A model generated the notes under the pieces. The model saw only the letters and a program-made list of their open reading frames with translations. It did no database searches and was not told the DNA's origin. A stretch of DNA of 64,000 nucleotides from an uncultured Acidobacteriaceae bacterium (GTDB lineage: Bacteria; Acidobacteriota; Terriglobia; Terriglobales; Acidobacteriaceae), in assembly GCA_963822025.1 (NCBI GenBank), contig CAWGFW010000002.1:23068-87067 (forward strand), read 5' to 3'. Both the position numbers and the translations under genes were made by a program. Positions 44,226 through 54,142 of this stretch are shown in pieces. Numbering within the stretch: the stretch's first letter is position 1; each line of letters starts with the position of its first letter.

Positions 44226-44888
44226 ATGAAACGCATTCTTCTCTCCTGGAGCAGCGGCAAAGACAGCGCATGGAGTCTCCACGTTCTCCGCCAGCGTGGC
44301 GAGTATGAGGTCGCGGGCCTGCTCACTACGTTCAACGAAGCAGCCGACCGCGTCGCCATGCATGCGGTCAGGCGCGAACTGGTCGAGCAGCAAGCCGCCG
44401 CCGCCGGACTTCCGCTTTGGTCGGTTCCGTTGCCCTGGCCCTGCTCCAACGAACAGTACGAGTCGCTGATGGCGCAAACCTGCGCCAAGGCAGTCTCCGA
44501 TGGAATCGCAGGAGTCGCATTCGGCGATCTGTTTCTAGAGGATGTGCGTGCTTACCGCGAAAAACAAATGGCGGGCACGCGACTCGAGCCCATATTCCCT
44601 CTGTGGGGCATGCCGACGCGGGCTCTAGCCAAAGAGATGATTGCCACCGGTCTGCGGGCCAAGCTGACTTGTGTCGACACCACGCAGCTTGATCAGTCCT
44701 TCGCTGGCCGTGAATTCGACCAGGCGCTTCTTTCAGCGCTACCCGACGGCGTGGATCCATGCGGCGAGCGCGGAGAATTCCATTCCTTTGTATATGCCGG
44801 ACCAATGCTGAATGCTGCCCTACCCGTCTCTGTCGGCGTAACTGTGATTCGCGATCAGTTCGCCTTCGCCGATCTGACTGCGAGTTGA
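44226..44888 (+). CDS. Dph6-related N-type ATP pyrophosphatase (adenine nucleotide alpha-hydrolase superfamily)
   Basis: PP-loop SWSSGKDS at the N-terminus, then ..GV.FGD..LEDVR.YRE.. and ..P..PLW.., as in the MJ0570/Dph6-like family. Confidence 0.72.
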   Translation: MKRILLSWSSGKDSAWSLHVLRQRGEYEVAGLLTTFNEAADRVAMHAVRRELVEQQAAAAGLPLWSVPLPWPCSNEQYESLMAQTCAKAVSDGIAGVAFGDLFLEDVRAYREKQMAGTRLEPIFPLWGMPTRALAKEMIATGLRAKLTCVDTTQLDQSFAGREFDQALLSALPDGVDPCGERGEFHSFVYAGPMLNAALPVSVGVTVIRDQFAFADLTAS

Positions 44889-45159
44889 CGACGCGTAATC
44901 GAGTCGACTAAAACAAACGCCAGCAACCAGCTCTACCCCCGGCACCGACCACGAATAGCCTCGGCTGAACTCGCGCGCCTTCTCCGCTCCACCGCGGTTT
45001 CCGGCGACGCAACGGCCGGGATTAACACAACGCGCCGCCCATGCGGGATTACCACCCCGCCTTTACGGTGATCTCCCTATTGAAGAATATGCAGCCCTCA
45101 CCGATAAATGGTATAGCGCGCCACGCTAATAGCACTTCGTCGAGCAGGTCTATTGTGCC

Positions 45160-46269
45160 GTGTCGTCTATATCTTTATTTTTTTCATGGGCAGCACTCGC
45201 GTGTTTGCTCGTTCTCCTCGGCGGCTGCCAGGGCTTGCCGGCGAACGTAGCCAACTGTCCAGTCATGCCAACCCCTCCCACGAACACATCCGTAGTCACG
45301 CCCGCTACCGAACCGCCGCCGCAATCGCTCTGCGGATTTCCCCTCGAGATCTCAAACCCAGCGCCTGCAGCTCATACCGATCTCGTCGCAGGCGTCAGTT
45401 CCCCCGTCCTCATCACGGCTCAGGCCTCGCCGCCCGATCCGATCTACACCATGCGCCTCTATGTCGACGGGCAGGCCGTCCTCTACACGCCATCCACCAC
45501 CATCAATCAATCCATCTGGATGACCAACGGCCAGCACACAGTCGAGGTCGTCGCCGAAGATGTGGCCGGCTACATCGCTACTTCAACCACGCAGGTCAAC
45601 GTGACCTCGCAAGCGCCCGGAGTCACTAGCATCCAGAATCTGCCCGATTGGGTTTCGTGTTCCGCACAACTAGTCACCGGTTTGACTTGCGCGGCCGGAC
45701 TCGGAGTTGCCAGTTCGACGCTGACCCAGGATCAATCGTCACCTTCCCTGGACGGCTCTTCGTCGCGCTTCAGCCTTGGTGGAAGCCATCCTTATTCGAA
45801 TGAGCTTTACTGGAGCCCTTTCGGCGGCGGCAACAGCGTCAGCCACTTCACTTACGATCTATACTTCTACATCGACAATGGAGATGCGCCTCAGGCATTA
45901 GAATTCGACGTGAATCAAGCCTTCGGCGGCACGCGTTGGACCTTCGGGACAGAATGCGATTTCAACCAAACCGGCAAGTGGAATATCTGGGATGACCTAA
46001 ACAACGTCTGGAGGCCAACCGCCGTCCCGTGCAATCACTTCCCATCCAAATCCTGGATCCATCTGGTGTGGAATTTCGAGCGCGTAGGAAATCAGGTTCA
46101 CTACATCAGCGTGAGTGTCGCTGACACCGACTACGATGTCGACACTTACTACACCGCCGAGCCCAACTGGTACGAAGAGGGAATCGACGTCGCCTTTCAG
46201 ATCGACGGCAATTATGAACAGCAGCCCTACAACATCTGGCTCGATGAAGTCACGTTGAACGCATACTAG
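45160..46269 (+). CDS. lipoprotein with Ig-like domain and C-terminal jelly-roll-like domain (hypothetical)
   Basis: 369 aa. Lipobox LLGGC. An Ig-like segment (..YTMRLYVDGQAV..GQHTVEVVAEDVAG..). The C-terminal ~200 aa are beta-rich. GTG start. Confidence 0.62.
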   Translation: MSSISLFFSWAALACLLVLLGGCQGLPANVANCPVMPTPPTNTSVVTPATEPPPQSLCGFPLEISNPAPAAHTDLVAGVSSPVLITAQASPPDPIYTMRLYVDGQAVLYTPSTTINQSIWMTNGQHTVEVVAEDVAGYIATSTTQVNVTSQAPGVTSIQNLPDWVSCSAQLVTGLTCAAGLGVASSTLTQDQSSPSLDGSSSRFSLGGSHPYSNELYWSPFGGGNSVSHFTYDLYFYIDNGDAPQALEFDVNQAFGGTRWTFGTECDFNQTGKWNIWDDLNNVWRPTAVPCNHFPSKSWIHLVWNFERVGNQVHYISVSVADTDYDVDTYYTAEPNWYEEGIDVAFQIDGNYEQQPYNIWLDEVTLNAY

Positions 46270-46342
46270 AAACAGCTAGTTCGGCTCGCCGCATTTACGT
46301 TCGGAGAAGAAACGAAGGCTTAGCCAACATGACAGGGCGACT

Positions 46343-46744
46343 TTACGGCGTCCGCTTCAGAGTCAGAGTCAGGCTTGCTCCGCCTTGCTTCCACGTGCCC
46401 GTAATTTCCGACGCGTCCTTGCTCAAGGTGCCATCGTAAACGCAAAGATTGGAGCTGCTTTCGAAGTGCAGAACCCCGGCCTTGAAGGTAATAGCGGTGA
46501 TGACAATGCCGGAGGAATCCTGGTCAGGGTAGTCGATGGTGCCGCCGAGAGTTCCGTCTTCCGCCGCGGAAATATGCACCACCACTCGCTGTTTCGGTTT
46601 TGCTCCCGGATCGAGCGTGCCTTCCCAATCGGCAACAATCGGAGGAGTATCGGCTGCCACCGCGTGTGACGGAACAATGCTCGGGGCGAGCGCGATCGCT
46701 AATCCCCAGCAAAGCGCGAACGATGAAATGCGAGGCTTTCTCAT
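46343..46744 (-). CDS. hypothetical secreted protein
   Basis: Start at MRKPRISSFALCWGLAIALAPS.. (ATG 46744). Signal peptide ending HAVAAD. Small beta-rich domain. Confidence 0.55.
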   Translation of the reverse strand: MRKPRISSFALCWGLAIALAPSIVPSHAVAADTPPIVADWEGTLDPGAKPKQRVVVHISAAEDGTLGGTIDYPDQDSSGIVITAITFKAGVLHFESSSNLCVYDGTLSKDASEITGTWKQGGASLTLTLKRTP

Positions 46745-46773
46745 TCTCGAATCCCTCTCGCAAGCAGGGATTT

Positions 46774-46831
46774 TGGTGGACATGGTCGGGATCGAACCGA
46801 CGACCTCCCCGGCGAACGCCGGGACGCGCTC
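46774..46831 (-). other. tRNA-like 3' fragment (T-arm + acceptor 3' strand + CCA; no 5' acceptor strand, no anticodon loop)
   Basis: 46774-46807 matches 47097-47130 of the tRNA-Ala gene at 33 of 34 nt, and CGCGCTC (46825-31) matches 47147-53. The anticodon arm is replaced by CCCGGC-GTTC-GCCGGG. No sequence complementary to CATGTCC lies upstream. Confidence 0.55.
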
Positions 46832-46855
46832 AGGTCTGTCGCCTCGAGGCGTCTA

Positions 46856-47086
46856 TCAATTCCTGAATGGAACGATGCGACTTCCAGCTTTTAAGCTGCC
46901 GCTCGCGTCCCGCGCTTCAACTAAGGTATCAAACTGTTCTTGATAAACCAATATCCAGGGTCCCCGGCCACGGGTTGAAATCGTTTGCCCGCGGTTATGC
47001 TCCTTCAGACGATGCTCCGCTCGTTCCGCGCAGCCAATGTAGAACCTTCTGCTACATTCGCTTTGAAGAACATAAACGGCTGGCAT
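46856..47086 (-). CDS. GIY-YIG nuclease family protein (small, stand-alone)
   Basis: 76 aa. VYVLQS....FYIG.A....RLKEHN.G....T....PW.LVY.E.F matches the stand-alone GIY-YIG (UPF0213-like) family. Starts 10 nt after the tRNA-Ala 3' end. No SD. Confidence 0.8.
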   Translation of the reverse strand: MPAVYVLQSECSRRFYIGCAERAEHRLKEHNRGQTISTRGRGPWILVYQEQFDTLVEARDASGSLKAGSRIVPFRN

Positions 47087-47096
47087 AGGGTGAATT

Positions 47097-47172
47097 TGGT
47101 GGACCTGGTCGGGATCGAACCGACGACCTCTTCCATGCCATGGAAGCGCGCTCCCAGCTGCGCCACAGGCCC
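47097..47172 (-). tRNA. tRNA-Ala (anticodon GGC)
   Basis: The reverse complement folds by hand into a 76-nt cloverleaf: GGGCCTG/CAGGTCC acceptor with G3:U70, GCGC D-stem, CTTCC-ATGGCAT-GGAAG anticodon arm, GTCGG-TTCGATC-CCGAC T-arm, and encoded CCA. Confidence 0.93.
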
Positions 47173-47327
47173 ACGTGCGATCGCGGGCAGTCGCTATCGT
47201 GAATCGCTACCGTTCAATTCTCGCTTAGCTTGGACGCGCCGTCAAACTGACTCGCCAGGCTCGACTCCGACCGTCGACCTCAACTAGGATATGCTTGGCA
47301 ATCGCAAAGCGCACAATTTGGAGCCTC

Positions 47328-48044
47328 ATGAACTTGCGGAACATCTTTCTTCGATCACTTCCCTGCCTCATCGGCGCGCTGGCGGCCGCGCTCGCACCCA
47401 CGACGGCCAGCGCGCAGGGCCCATCCGGCGCGCCGGGCACCGCGCAACCGCCGGTTGCGTATGCGTCGGTCAGCCAGCTCAACGGAATTCTGACTCCTTT
47501 GCAACAGACGGCACAGAGCATGCTGACCGACCTCGGCAAAATGCGCATCGAGAAGTGGAAGACAGACTCGACCAACAAGCAACAGGCGCTGGCCAACGTC
47601 AGTTCTATCCAGCGCAATCTCCAGGACGCGTTGCCCGACATGATCGCGCAACTCAACAACTCGCCGGAGGACTTGGCAGCGAGTTTCAAACTCTACCGCA
47701 ATCTCGATGCGCTCTATGACGTGTTTGGATCGCTGGTCGAATCGGCCGGCGCATTCGGAAACAAAGAAGAATTCCAGAGCCTGAGCAACGACATGAACGG
47801 CATCGAAAGTGCGCGCCGCTCATTCGGCGAACGCATGCAGAAACTTGCCGCGAGCAAAGAAGATGAATTGACCCATCTGCGCGCGCAGGTCAAGACCTTG
47901 TCCGCCGCGCCGCCACCACCGCCAAAAAAGATCGTGGTCGATGACACCGAGCCGCCGAAAAAGCCGGTCAAGAAGAAAGTAACAAAACCGAAGCCGCCCG
48001 CGACAACAACGACGCCAACGCCGACAAATCCGCCGCCAAACTGA
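47328..48044 (+). CDS. hypothetical secreted protein with helical core and Pro/Lys/Thr-rich tail
   Basis: Start at MNLRNIFLRSLPCLIGALAAALAPTTASAQ (ATG 47328). C-terminal PPPPPKKIVVDDTEPPKKPVKKKVTKPKPPATTTTPTPTNPPPN. Confidence 0.6.
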   Translation: MNLRNIFLRSLPCLIGALAAALAPTTASAQGPSGAPGTAQPPVAYASVSQLNGILTPLQQTAQSMLTDLGKMRIEKWKTDSTNKQQALANVSSIQRNLQDALPDMIAQLNNSPEDLAASFKLYRNLDALYDVFGSLVESAGAFGNKEEFQSLSNDMNGIESARRSFGERMQKLAASKEDELTHLRAQVKTLSAAPPPPPKKIVVDDTEPPKKPVKKKVTKPKPPATTTTPTPTNPPPN

Positions 48045-48070
48045 GCAACGAAGATGTCGCGGGAAGAATC

Positions 48071-49498
48071 CTATTTCATCGGCGGAATATAAGGGATATA
48101 GCGCGCAAATAACCAGCACAGAAAAAACACCACCGGCACGTGCACCATCAACTGCAGCACGCCATAGCCCACAATGTCGCGCGCCTTCAATTTCAATAGA
48201 CCCAGCAGGGGCAGCATCCAGAAGGGATTCACGAGGTTCGGCAGCGCTTCCGCCGCGTTGTAGATTTGCACCACCCAGCCCAGATGCACCTGGTGAAGAT
48301 TGGCCGCCTGCAACACATATGGCGCTTCAATCACCCACTTGCTACCGCCCGACGGAATAAAAACCCCCAACACCGCCGAATATATCGCCACTAACAAAGG
48401 ATAAGTATTGTGCGTACTGATCGAGGCAAATAGCTTCGCCAATGCGTCCGCGATGCCCGTCCCGATAATCATTCCGAAGATCACAGCGTAGAACGGAAAC
48501 TGAATTAACACGCCACCGGTCGCTGGAACGCAATCCGCAACCGCCCGCATGAAGCGCTTCGGCCGCCAGTGCAACAAAAGCCCAACCGTGATGAACATCA
48601 GGTTGTAAGTATTCAGATCAAGTGCCGCCAGCGCGCCCTGCGGCGAGGTGCGGAACACATCCACTAGATACCAGCACAAAAGCGCCGCCACCAGAATCGT
48701 CAGCAGCGGACTGTATTCCAGCCACTCGCCAGGCGTTTTCCTGACCGGCAGACTAGAGCGAATCGGCTCGTATTCAATTCCATAAGACTCCGCGGTTCGG
48801 GCATTCTCTGGCGACGGCGTCGACAAGAAAGCAATCAGCACCGAGAGCACGATGAGAATCACGGTAGTCGCGATGCTCTGCCACAGAAAAAGCGTCTGCG
48901 TCAGAGGAATCAGCCCGCTGATGTTAAACAACGACGGCGGCATCGACGACTTGGTCGCCATCAGCATCGCGGCCGAAGAAGATAGCCCCATCGCCCACAC
49001 CGCTCCCAGCCCGAGATATGCCGCGCCACCGGCGGCGCGATAGTCCATTCCTTTCACGCGGTTGGCCAGTTCGCGCACCAACAGCCCGCTGAAAATCAGG
49101 CTCAATCCCCACGAGATCAGCGAGGTCAGCATGGAGAAAAGCGCAACCATGGCGACCGCCCCGCGCGGCGTCTTCGGAATTCCCGCCAGTGCGCGAATGG
49201 CGCGATAAACAATCGGTGTCGAGGCCACGACATATCCGCCAATAATAATCATCACCATCTGCATGGTGAAGGGGACGAGCGTCCAAAAATTCTTCCCACC
49301 CTGAATGGCCAGTTTAGCCGCCGGCTGCCGAAGCAACAGTCCAACAATAAAAACCACGACAATTCCCAGCAAGGCAAAAATCAATGGATCCGGAAACCAG
49401 CGCTCACTCCAGCTGGCCAGCCCAAGGCCAAACCGGACAAGTGGTTGCTCCTGAGTGGCCGCTCCCTTCCGTTGTTGCGTTGGCACGGGCATACGCAC
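48071..49498 (-). CDS. atoE: short-chain fatty acid transporter (AtoE family)
   Basis: 475 aa polytopic. ..SERWFPDPLIFALL.., ..NLMFI..GLLLH..P..FMRA........G.L.QFPFYA.I.. as in AtoE. Confidence 0.88.
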   Translation of the reverse strand: MRMPVPTQQRKGAATQEQPLVRFGLGLASWSERWFPDPLIFALLGIVVVFIVGLLLRQPAAKLAIQGGKNFWTLVPFTMQMVMIIIGGYVVASTPIVYRAIRALAGIPKTPRGAVAMVALFSMLTSLISWGLSLIFSGLLVRELANRVKGMDYRAAGGAAYLGLGAVWAMGLSSSAAMLMATKSSMPPSLFNISGLIPLTQTLFLWQSIATTVILIVLSVLIAFLSTPSPENARTAESYGIEYEPIRSSLPVRKTPGEWLEYSPLLTILVAALLCWYLVDVFRTSPQGALAALDLNTYNLMFITVGLLLHWRPKRFMRAVADCVPATGGVLIQFPFYAVIFGMIIGTGIADALAKLFASISTHNTYPLLVAIYSAVLGVFIPSGGSKWVIEAPYVLQAANLHQVHLGWVVQIYNAAEALPNLVNPFWMLPLLGLLKLKARDIVGYGVLQLMVHVPVVFFLCWLFARYIPYIPPMK

Positions 49499-49728
49499 TC
49501 CTTTCTATTCGCGTCCAATATGTTCGGCAGCGGCAATCCGCAGAGTGGCCTGCCGGTCTTGGCATGATTACGCCCGACATTGTAGCGCTTGTCGTGCGCC
49601 CAGCTAGCACGGAAAGAGGCAACTCCCCAACGATCACGAGCAAACTCGATTGAATTGCCTTCCGCGAAGGGTGTACGATGCGTTCGGTCAGAATCGCAAA
49701 CACCTCTCTTCGCCAAGGGGAGCACATC

Positions 49729-51582
49729 ATGAACACTTTTCCAGTGTTATTAGTTGCCTTGTGCGTATACGTCATCGGCTACCGTTATTACAGCGCATTC
49801 ATCGCCGCGAAGGCGATGGCGCTCGACGATCGCCGCACCACGCCGGCCCACCTCTACGCCGACGGCCATAACTACGTCGCCTCTCCAAAGTGGGTCCTCT
49901 TCGGCCATCACTTCGCCGCCATCGCGGGAGCCGGTCCCCTCGTCGGTCCAACGCTCGCCGCTCAGTTCGGCTTCGCGCCCGGCTTTCTCTGGATCCTGAT
50001 CGGTGCCGTCCTCGCCGGATGCGTCCAGGATTTCACCGTCCTCGTGGCTTCCGTCCGCCACCGTGGCCGCTCCCTCGCGGAAATCGCCCGCACTGAAATC
50101 AGCCCCTTCGCCGGCCTCGTAACCATGATCTCCGTCCTCTTTATTCTCCTCGTAACTCTCGCCGGCCTGGCCCTCGTTGTTGTCAACGCGTTGGCCAACA
50201 GCCCTTGGGGAGTCTTCACCATCGGCATGACTATCCCCATCGCCGTCATCATGGGCTTCTGGATGTTCAAGAGCCACGCGGGAAAAATCACTGTCACCGG
50301 ACCCAGCATCTTCGGCGTCGTCCTCTTGCTCGGCGCGGTCGTCGCCGGTCACTGGTTCGCTCAGAGCGGAGCCGCATCCGCGCTCACCTTCACCCCACAT
50401 CAGATCATCTACATTATTGGAATCTACGGCCTCGTCGCCTCAGTTCTTCCCGTATGGCTGGTGCTTGAGCCCCGCGACTATCTCTCCACCTACGTTAAAC
50501 TCGGCACCATCGCCGCCTTGGTTATTGGTGTTTTCATCGTTCATCCCAACATTCAATTTCCCAACTTCACGCCCTTCATTCATGGCGGCGGCCCCATCAT
50601 CAAGGGCAAACTGTTCCCGTTTCTTTTCGTCACCATCGCTTGCGGAGCCATCTCCGGCTTCCACTCCCTAGTATCCTCTGGCACCACACCCAAGATGCTC
50701 GACAAAGAAACTGACGCGCGCTTCATCGGCTACGGAGCCATGGTCGCCGAGTCGCTTGTCGGCGTCCTCGCCCTCATCGCCGCCTGCTCCATGTATCCCG
50801 GAGATTACTTCGCCATCAACACCACGCCCGCCGTCTTCAGCCACCTCGGCCTATCGACGGTGAATTTGAATCTCTACTCCCACGAAGTCGGCGAACAACT
50901 CGCCGGACGAACGGGCGGCGCCGTTTCTCTGGCCATAGGCATGGCCGGAATCTTCCGCGGCCTGCCCGGCATGGATCGCCTGATGGGCTACTGGTATCAC
51001 TACGCCATCATGTTTGAGGCACTCTTCATCCTGACCACGGTCGACACGGGCACGCGCGTAGCCCGCTACGTTCTCCAGGAACTCATGGGCAGGGTTTACA
51101 AGCCCTTCGGCAACAATGCTTGGCTGCCGGGCAATCTCCTCACCAGCTCCGTCGTCGTCCTCGGCTGGGGATACCTCATCTACACCGGAAATATTTCCAC
51201 GATATGGCCACTCTTTGGAACCGGCAACCAGTTGCTCGCCACCATTGCCCTCGCGGTCGTCACCACTTTCCTCATCAATATGGGCAAGCAGAAATATGCC
51301 TGGATTTCGGCGGTTCCGATGTGCTTTGTGGGCGTCACGACCATTACCGCTGGAGTGCTGTCGATCAAAAACATTTTCCTGCCACTGACCACCAAGCCCG
51401 GTCTGGTATTTACCGGCTACCTGGATTCCGTCCTCATGTGCATCTTTATCGCAGGCGTAGTGCTCGTGGTAGCCGATGCGGCGCGGCGATGGGTCAAGAC
51501 CCTAAACGGCGCTCCGGCGCCGCAAGAAGCCTTCGGTCCGCCGCTCACCGCAGCTGGCGAAGTGAAGATGGGCTGCTGCTAA
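49729..51582 (+). CDS. cstA: carbon starvation protein A
   Basis: ..YRYYS.FIA.K...LDD.R.TPA....DG.NYV...KWVLFGHHFAAIAGAGPLVGP.LAAQFG. is the CstA signature. Start at ATG 49729 (AAGGGGAG upstream). Confidence 0.93.
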   Translation: MNTFPVLLVALCVYVIGYRYYSAFIAAKAMALDDRRTTPAHLYADGHNYVASPKWVLFGHHFAAIAGAGPLVGPTLAAQFGFAPGFLWILIGAVLAGCVQDFTVLVASVRHRGRSLAEIARTEISPFAGLVTMISVLFILLVTLAGLALVVVNALANSPWGVFTIGMTIPIAVIMGFWMFKSHAGKITVTGPSIFGVVLLLGAVVAGHWFAQSGAASALTFTPHQIIYIIGIYGLVASVLPVWLVLEPRDYLSTYVKLGTIAALVIGVFIVHPNIQFPNFTPFIHGGGPIIKGKLFPFLFVTIACGAISGFHSLVSSGTTPKMLDKETDARFIGYGAMVAESLVGVLALIAACSMYPGDYFAINTTPAVFSHLGLSTVNLNLYSHEVGEQLAGRTGGAVSLAIGMAGIFRGLPGMDRLMGYWYHYAIMFEALFILTTVDTGTRVARYVLQELMGRVYKPFGNNAWLPGNLLTSSVVVLGWGYLIYTGNISTIWPLFGTGNQLLATIALAVVTTFLINMGKQKYAWISAVPMCFVGVTTITAGVLSIKNIFLPLTTKPGLVFTGYLDSVLMCIFIAGVVLVVADAARRWVKTLNGAPAPQEAFGPPLTAAGEVKMGCC

Positions 51583-51750
51583 GTTCGATCGGGTTCGGGA
51601 AGGGCATGAGTTTCCTATGCCACAACTCCTTGAAAACGTATCCGCACTTTAGCGCCTGCGGCCCGATTTTTGGCCGCTCCACGAGTTTCTCATCACAAAA
51701 AAACTCCTACGGGACCGCCATGGTCCCGCAGGAGATTATCCACGCAGACT

Positions 51751-53730
51751 TTAGAACGTGAAGATTGGCCCAAACTCCTCGCGCCAATCGTGTGCCTGGG
51801 TCCGGTCCTCTCCTACGAAGAGTTTGCCGGGCCTCGAAGCGGTATGGGTTGCGATATAGCTGGCTTCGTCGACGAACGACACCCAGCTATTCATCTTGTA
51901 GGTCAGCGAAACCGTGTCGAGATCGGTGCGAGCCAAGCCATTACCCTTGCGGGCGTCTGACGCCTTAGCGCGATCCGTCCCGTATTGCATATGGAACACC
52001 CACCCCGCATTGTGACCCTCCGGATCAGCATGGAAGATTCGGGAGAGCGGGAAACTTAACTCTGTGAATCCGCCGACGCCTCCGACCGGTTGCAGGTTCG
52101 CGATGTACACCGGTTCGTTGGTGCCACTGGCGCCGCAATTCCACGCGCCGGTGGTCGTGTCGAGAGCTCCTCCCAGGCAGCCGAACGTGATTGCTCGCCC
52201 GCTGAAAGAAGATCCGCCCTCGCCAATCGGATCAACCCCGGCTCCCAGGTTCGCCCAGACATCATTGAGCTGGCTGCCGAAGAAGAATCTCAGGTCATCG
52301 CCTTTGTAAAACTTCGCGACCCAGGTTACGAACGGCGTGGGCACTTGCAGTTCGGTAGTCCACACGTTCTGTGGATTGCCGTCCTGTATGCCCTTGGGCC
52401 AGATGTGCAACAGGGTACAGGTCCCAGTCGCAGGGCAATTGGTAGCGTTTTCGATGAGCAGTGTATTGTCCAGGCCGAGCGCCGGAACCGTGGTGCTGGC
52501 AGCAGCGAACGCCTGGCCAGGAATGATTTCGTTCATCCGGGCGTGGTGCACGCTCGCAATAAACTGAGCTGGCGCCACCCCTCTCCATTCATGGGAGAGC
52601 GGGAATTGAAACACGATTCTGGATTCCACACCTGGCTCGTTCGAGTCAGAACCTGCGCGGTCTCCAAAGCGCGCCCGCTGATCGGGGGTCAAAGCAGACG
52701 ACCCGGCAACCGGCAAGACAATCGCGAATTCCGGCTGGATCTTCAAATCCCCGGTACGAAACTGAACGCCTGTCTTGAATTGCGGAATGCGCTCATACAG
52801 GCTGCCCATGGCCACGCCCAACCCAGTGGTCTCGAACAGACTGGGGAGTGTGGTCGACATCAGGCTCCAATCCTGCCCGAATTCAGCGAACCAGGGTAGG
52901 TTGCCCAGCTTGTGGTCGAGTCGCATGTAAGCCATGCGCATATCGAACTGGCTGGAACGGACGCTGCTGATGTTTCGGTTGCTCACGTCGGTGTAATCGC
53001 CTTCGAAGTCCGCTTCCACCTTGGCCGTAATGGTGAAGTCGGAATGTCGCGGCACCCATTCGAATTGCGCGCCGGCGCGGGTGCTGCGAGCTTTAATGTG
53101 GAATTGCGGATCCGATGTCGGTCCGGTATCGCCACCAATGAACAACGGAAGGGGCCAATCCTGATCGCCAAACGTGGGACCACCGCTCGACGCCGTATCT
53201 TCGATGGTGCTCGCCTTGAAGAAGCCGTACAACTTCAGGTTGGCGCCGCTTCCCAGCCGTATGTCGGGAATCAGTCCGCCTTGTTTCGGCAGATCAACCG
53301 GCAGCACGCGCACCGGCGCTACCGCGGAAATCTGAATTGGTCCCGCCGCCTGCGGCGGAGTTCCCGTTGGAGCCGACGGGGGCTGCATCTGTGAACCCGT
53401 CGTTTGGGGCGTAATTTCCACCGCATTAACTAGCCGCGGCCCCTGGGCGTACATGCTCACGGGCACAGGCGCGACCGTAGCGGCGTACTCCTGTTGACTG
53501 ATGAGGCCCTTGTCCACGAGCAAGCGAGCGAGGCGCGCATCGGCCTCCTCGGGAGAAGTAGCCTGGTTGACCATCGCCACTTCCGCAGGAGTCAGAATTC
53601 CTTTGGACTGTAGCAGCATCGCTAGCGGGTTGTTACGGGTTGTCGGGGTTTCCTGCTGCTGTGCCATGGCCGACAGGGCCAGCGCAAAAGCAGAAGTCAG
53701 TAAGAGTAATCGCCAAACTTTTCCTTTCAT
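51751..53730 (-). CDS. outer-membrane beta-barrel porin-like protein (hypothetical)
   Basis: Signal peptide MKGKVWRLLLLTSAFALALSAMAQQ. Alternating beta-strand pattern. C-terminal ..GPIFTF ends in Phe, as in many OMPs. Confidence 0.62.
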   Translation of the reverse strand: MKGKVWRLLLLTSAFALALSAMAQQQETPTTRNNPLAMLLQSKGILTPAEVAMVNQATSPEEADARLARLLVDKGLISQQEYAATVAPVPVSMYAQGPRLVNAVEITPQTTGSQMQPPSAPTGTPPQAAGPIQISAVAPVRVLPVDLPKQGGLIPDIRLGSGANLKLYGFFKASTIEDTASSGGPTFGDQDWPLPLFIGGDTGPTSDPQFHIKARSTRAGAQFEWVPRHSDFTITAKVEADFEGDYTDVSNRNISSVRSSQFDMRMAYMRLDHKLGNLPWFAEFGQDWSLMSTTLPSLFETTGLGVAMGSLYERIPQFKTGVQFRTGDLKIQPEFAIVLPVAGSSALTPDQRARFGDRAGSDSNEPGVESRIVFQFPLSHEWRGVAPAQFIASVHHARMNEIIPGQAFAAASTTVPALGLDNTLLIENATNCPATGTCTLLHIWPKGIQDGNPQNVWTTELQVPTPFVTWVAKFYKGDDLRFFFGSQLNDVWANLGAGVDPIGEGGSSFSGRAITFGCLGGALDTTTGAWNCGASGTNEPVYIANLQPVGGVGGFTELSFPLSRIFHADPEGHNAGWVFHMQYGTDRAKASDARKGNGLARTDLDTVSLTYKMNSWVSFVDEASYIATHTASRPGKLFVGEDRTQAHDWREEFGPIFTF

Positions 53731-54142
53731 TGGGGCTCTCTCCTTAATTTCCAACTTGGTTAGCCCGATCTAGACAGAACACGGCCTTAATCGAGGCAGA
53801 GACAAAAATTGACGGCCCTACATACTGCTGTAACGAGTTCAATGTCAAGCTATTTTCTTTTCCGGAATCGGGAAGCTACTCGAACACCTGAACAAAACAG
53901 CCACCCAGATTGATCGCGCCGGGCCGCGGCCGCAGTGACCAGTGCCACGCTCCCCTGTGATCAGCCGCCCTAATCTTTACGCGCGAGCGACCGTAGCCGT
54001 GGGCCCCCGCCTTTCCGCGTACTTTGCGGAAGGGTGGGCCTAGCCGGGCCACAATCCCAACACCATTCCCAAACACTTGTAGCGTGTTAGCGCTTGCCGG
54101 ATTACAATGCCCACGAAATAACGCAGGCTCCAGGAGGAACCC

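Noticed and set aside
46774-46860. A second intact tRNA gene, or the 3' end of tmRNA (smpB is 14 kb away)
   Set aside because: No 5' acceptor strand complementary to CATGTCC is present, and no 7-nt anticodon loop exists (a 6-bp stem with a GTTC tetraloop is there instead). A ~350-nt tmRNA would have to overlap the GIY-YIG ORF and the tRNA-Ala gene, and position 3:70 would be A-U rather than G-U.
51736-51744. DnaA-box-like TTATCCACG (and CTGGATAAC near 1493) as a hint of oriC
   Set aside because: These are isolated single near-matches. There is no cluster, no AT-rich unwinding element and no dnaA/dnaN nearby. The parS sites suggest origin proximity, not the origin itself.
53876-54076. 66-aa ORF in the GC-rich spacer upstream of lctP
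   Set aside because: It has Gly/Arg-rich composition, no SD and no family resemblance. It was treated as non-coding, and the spacer was left unassigned.
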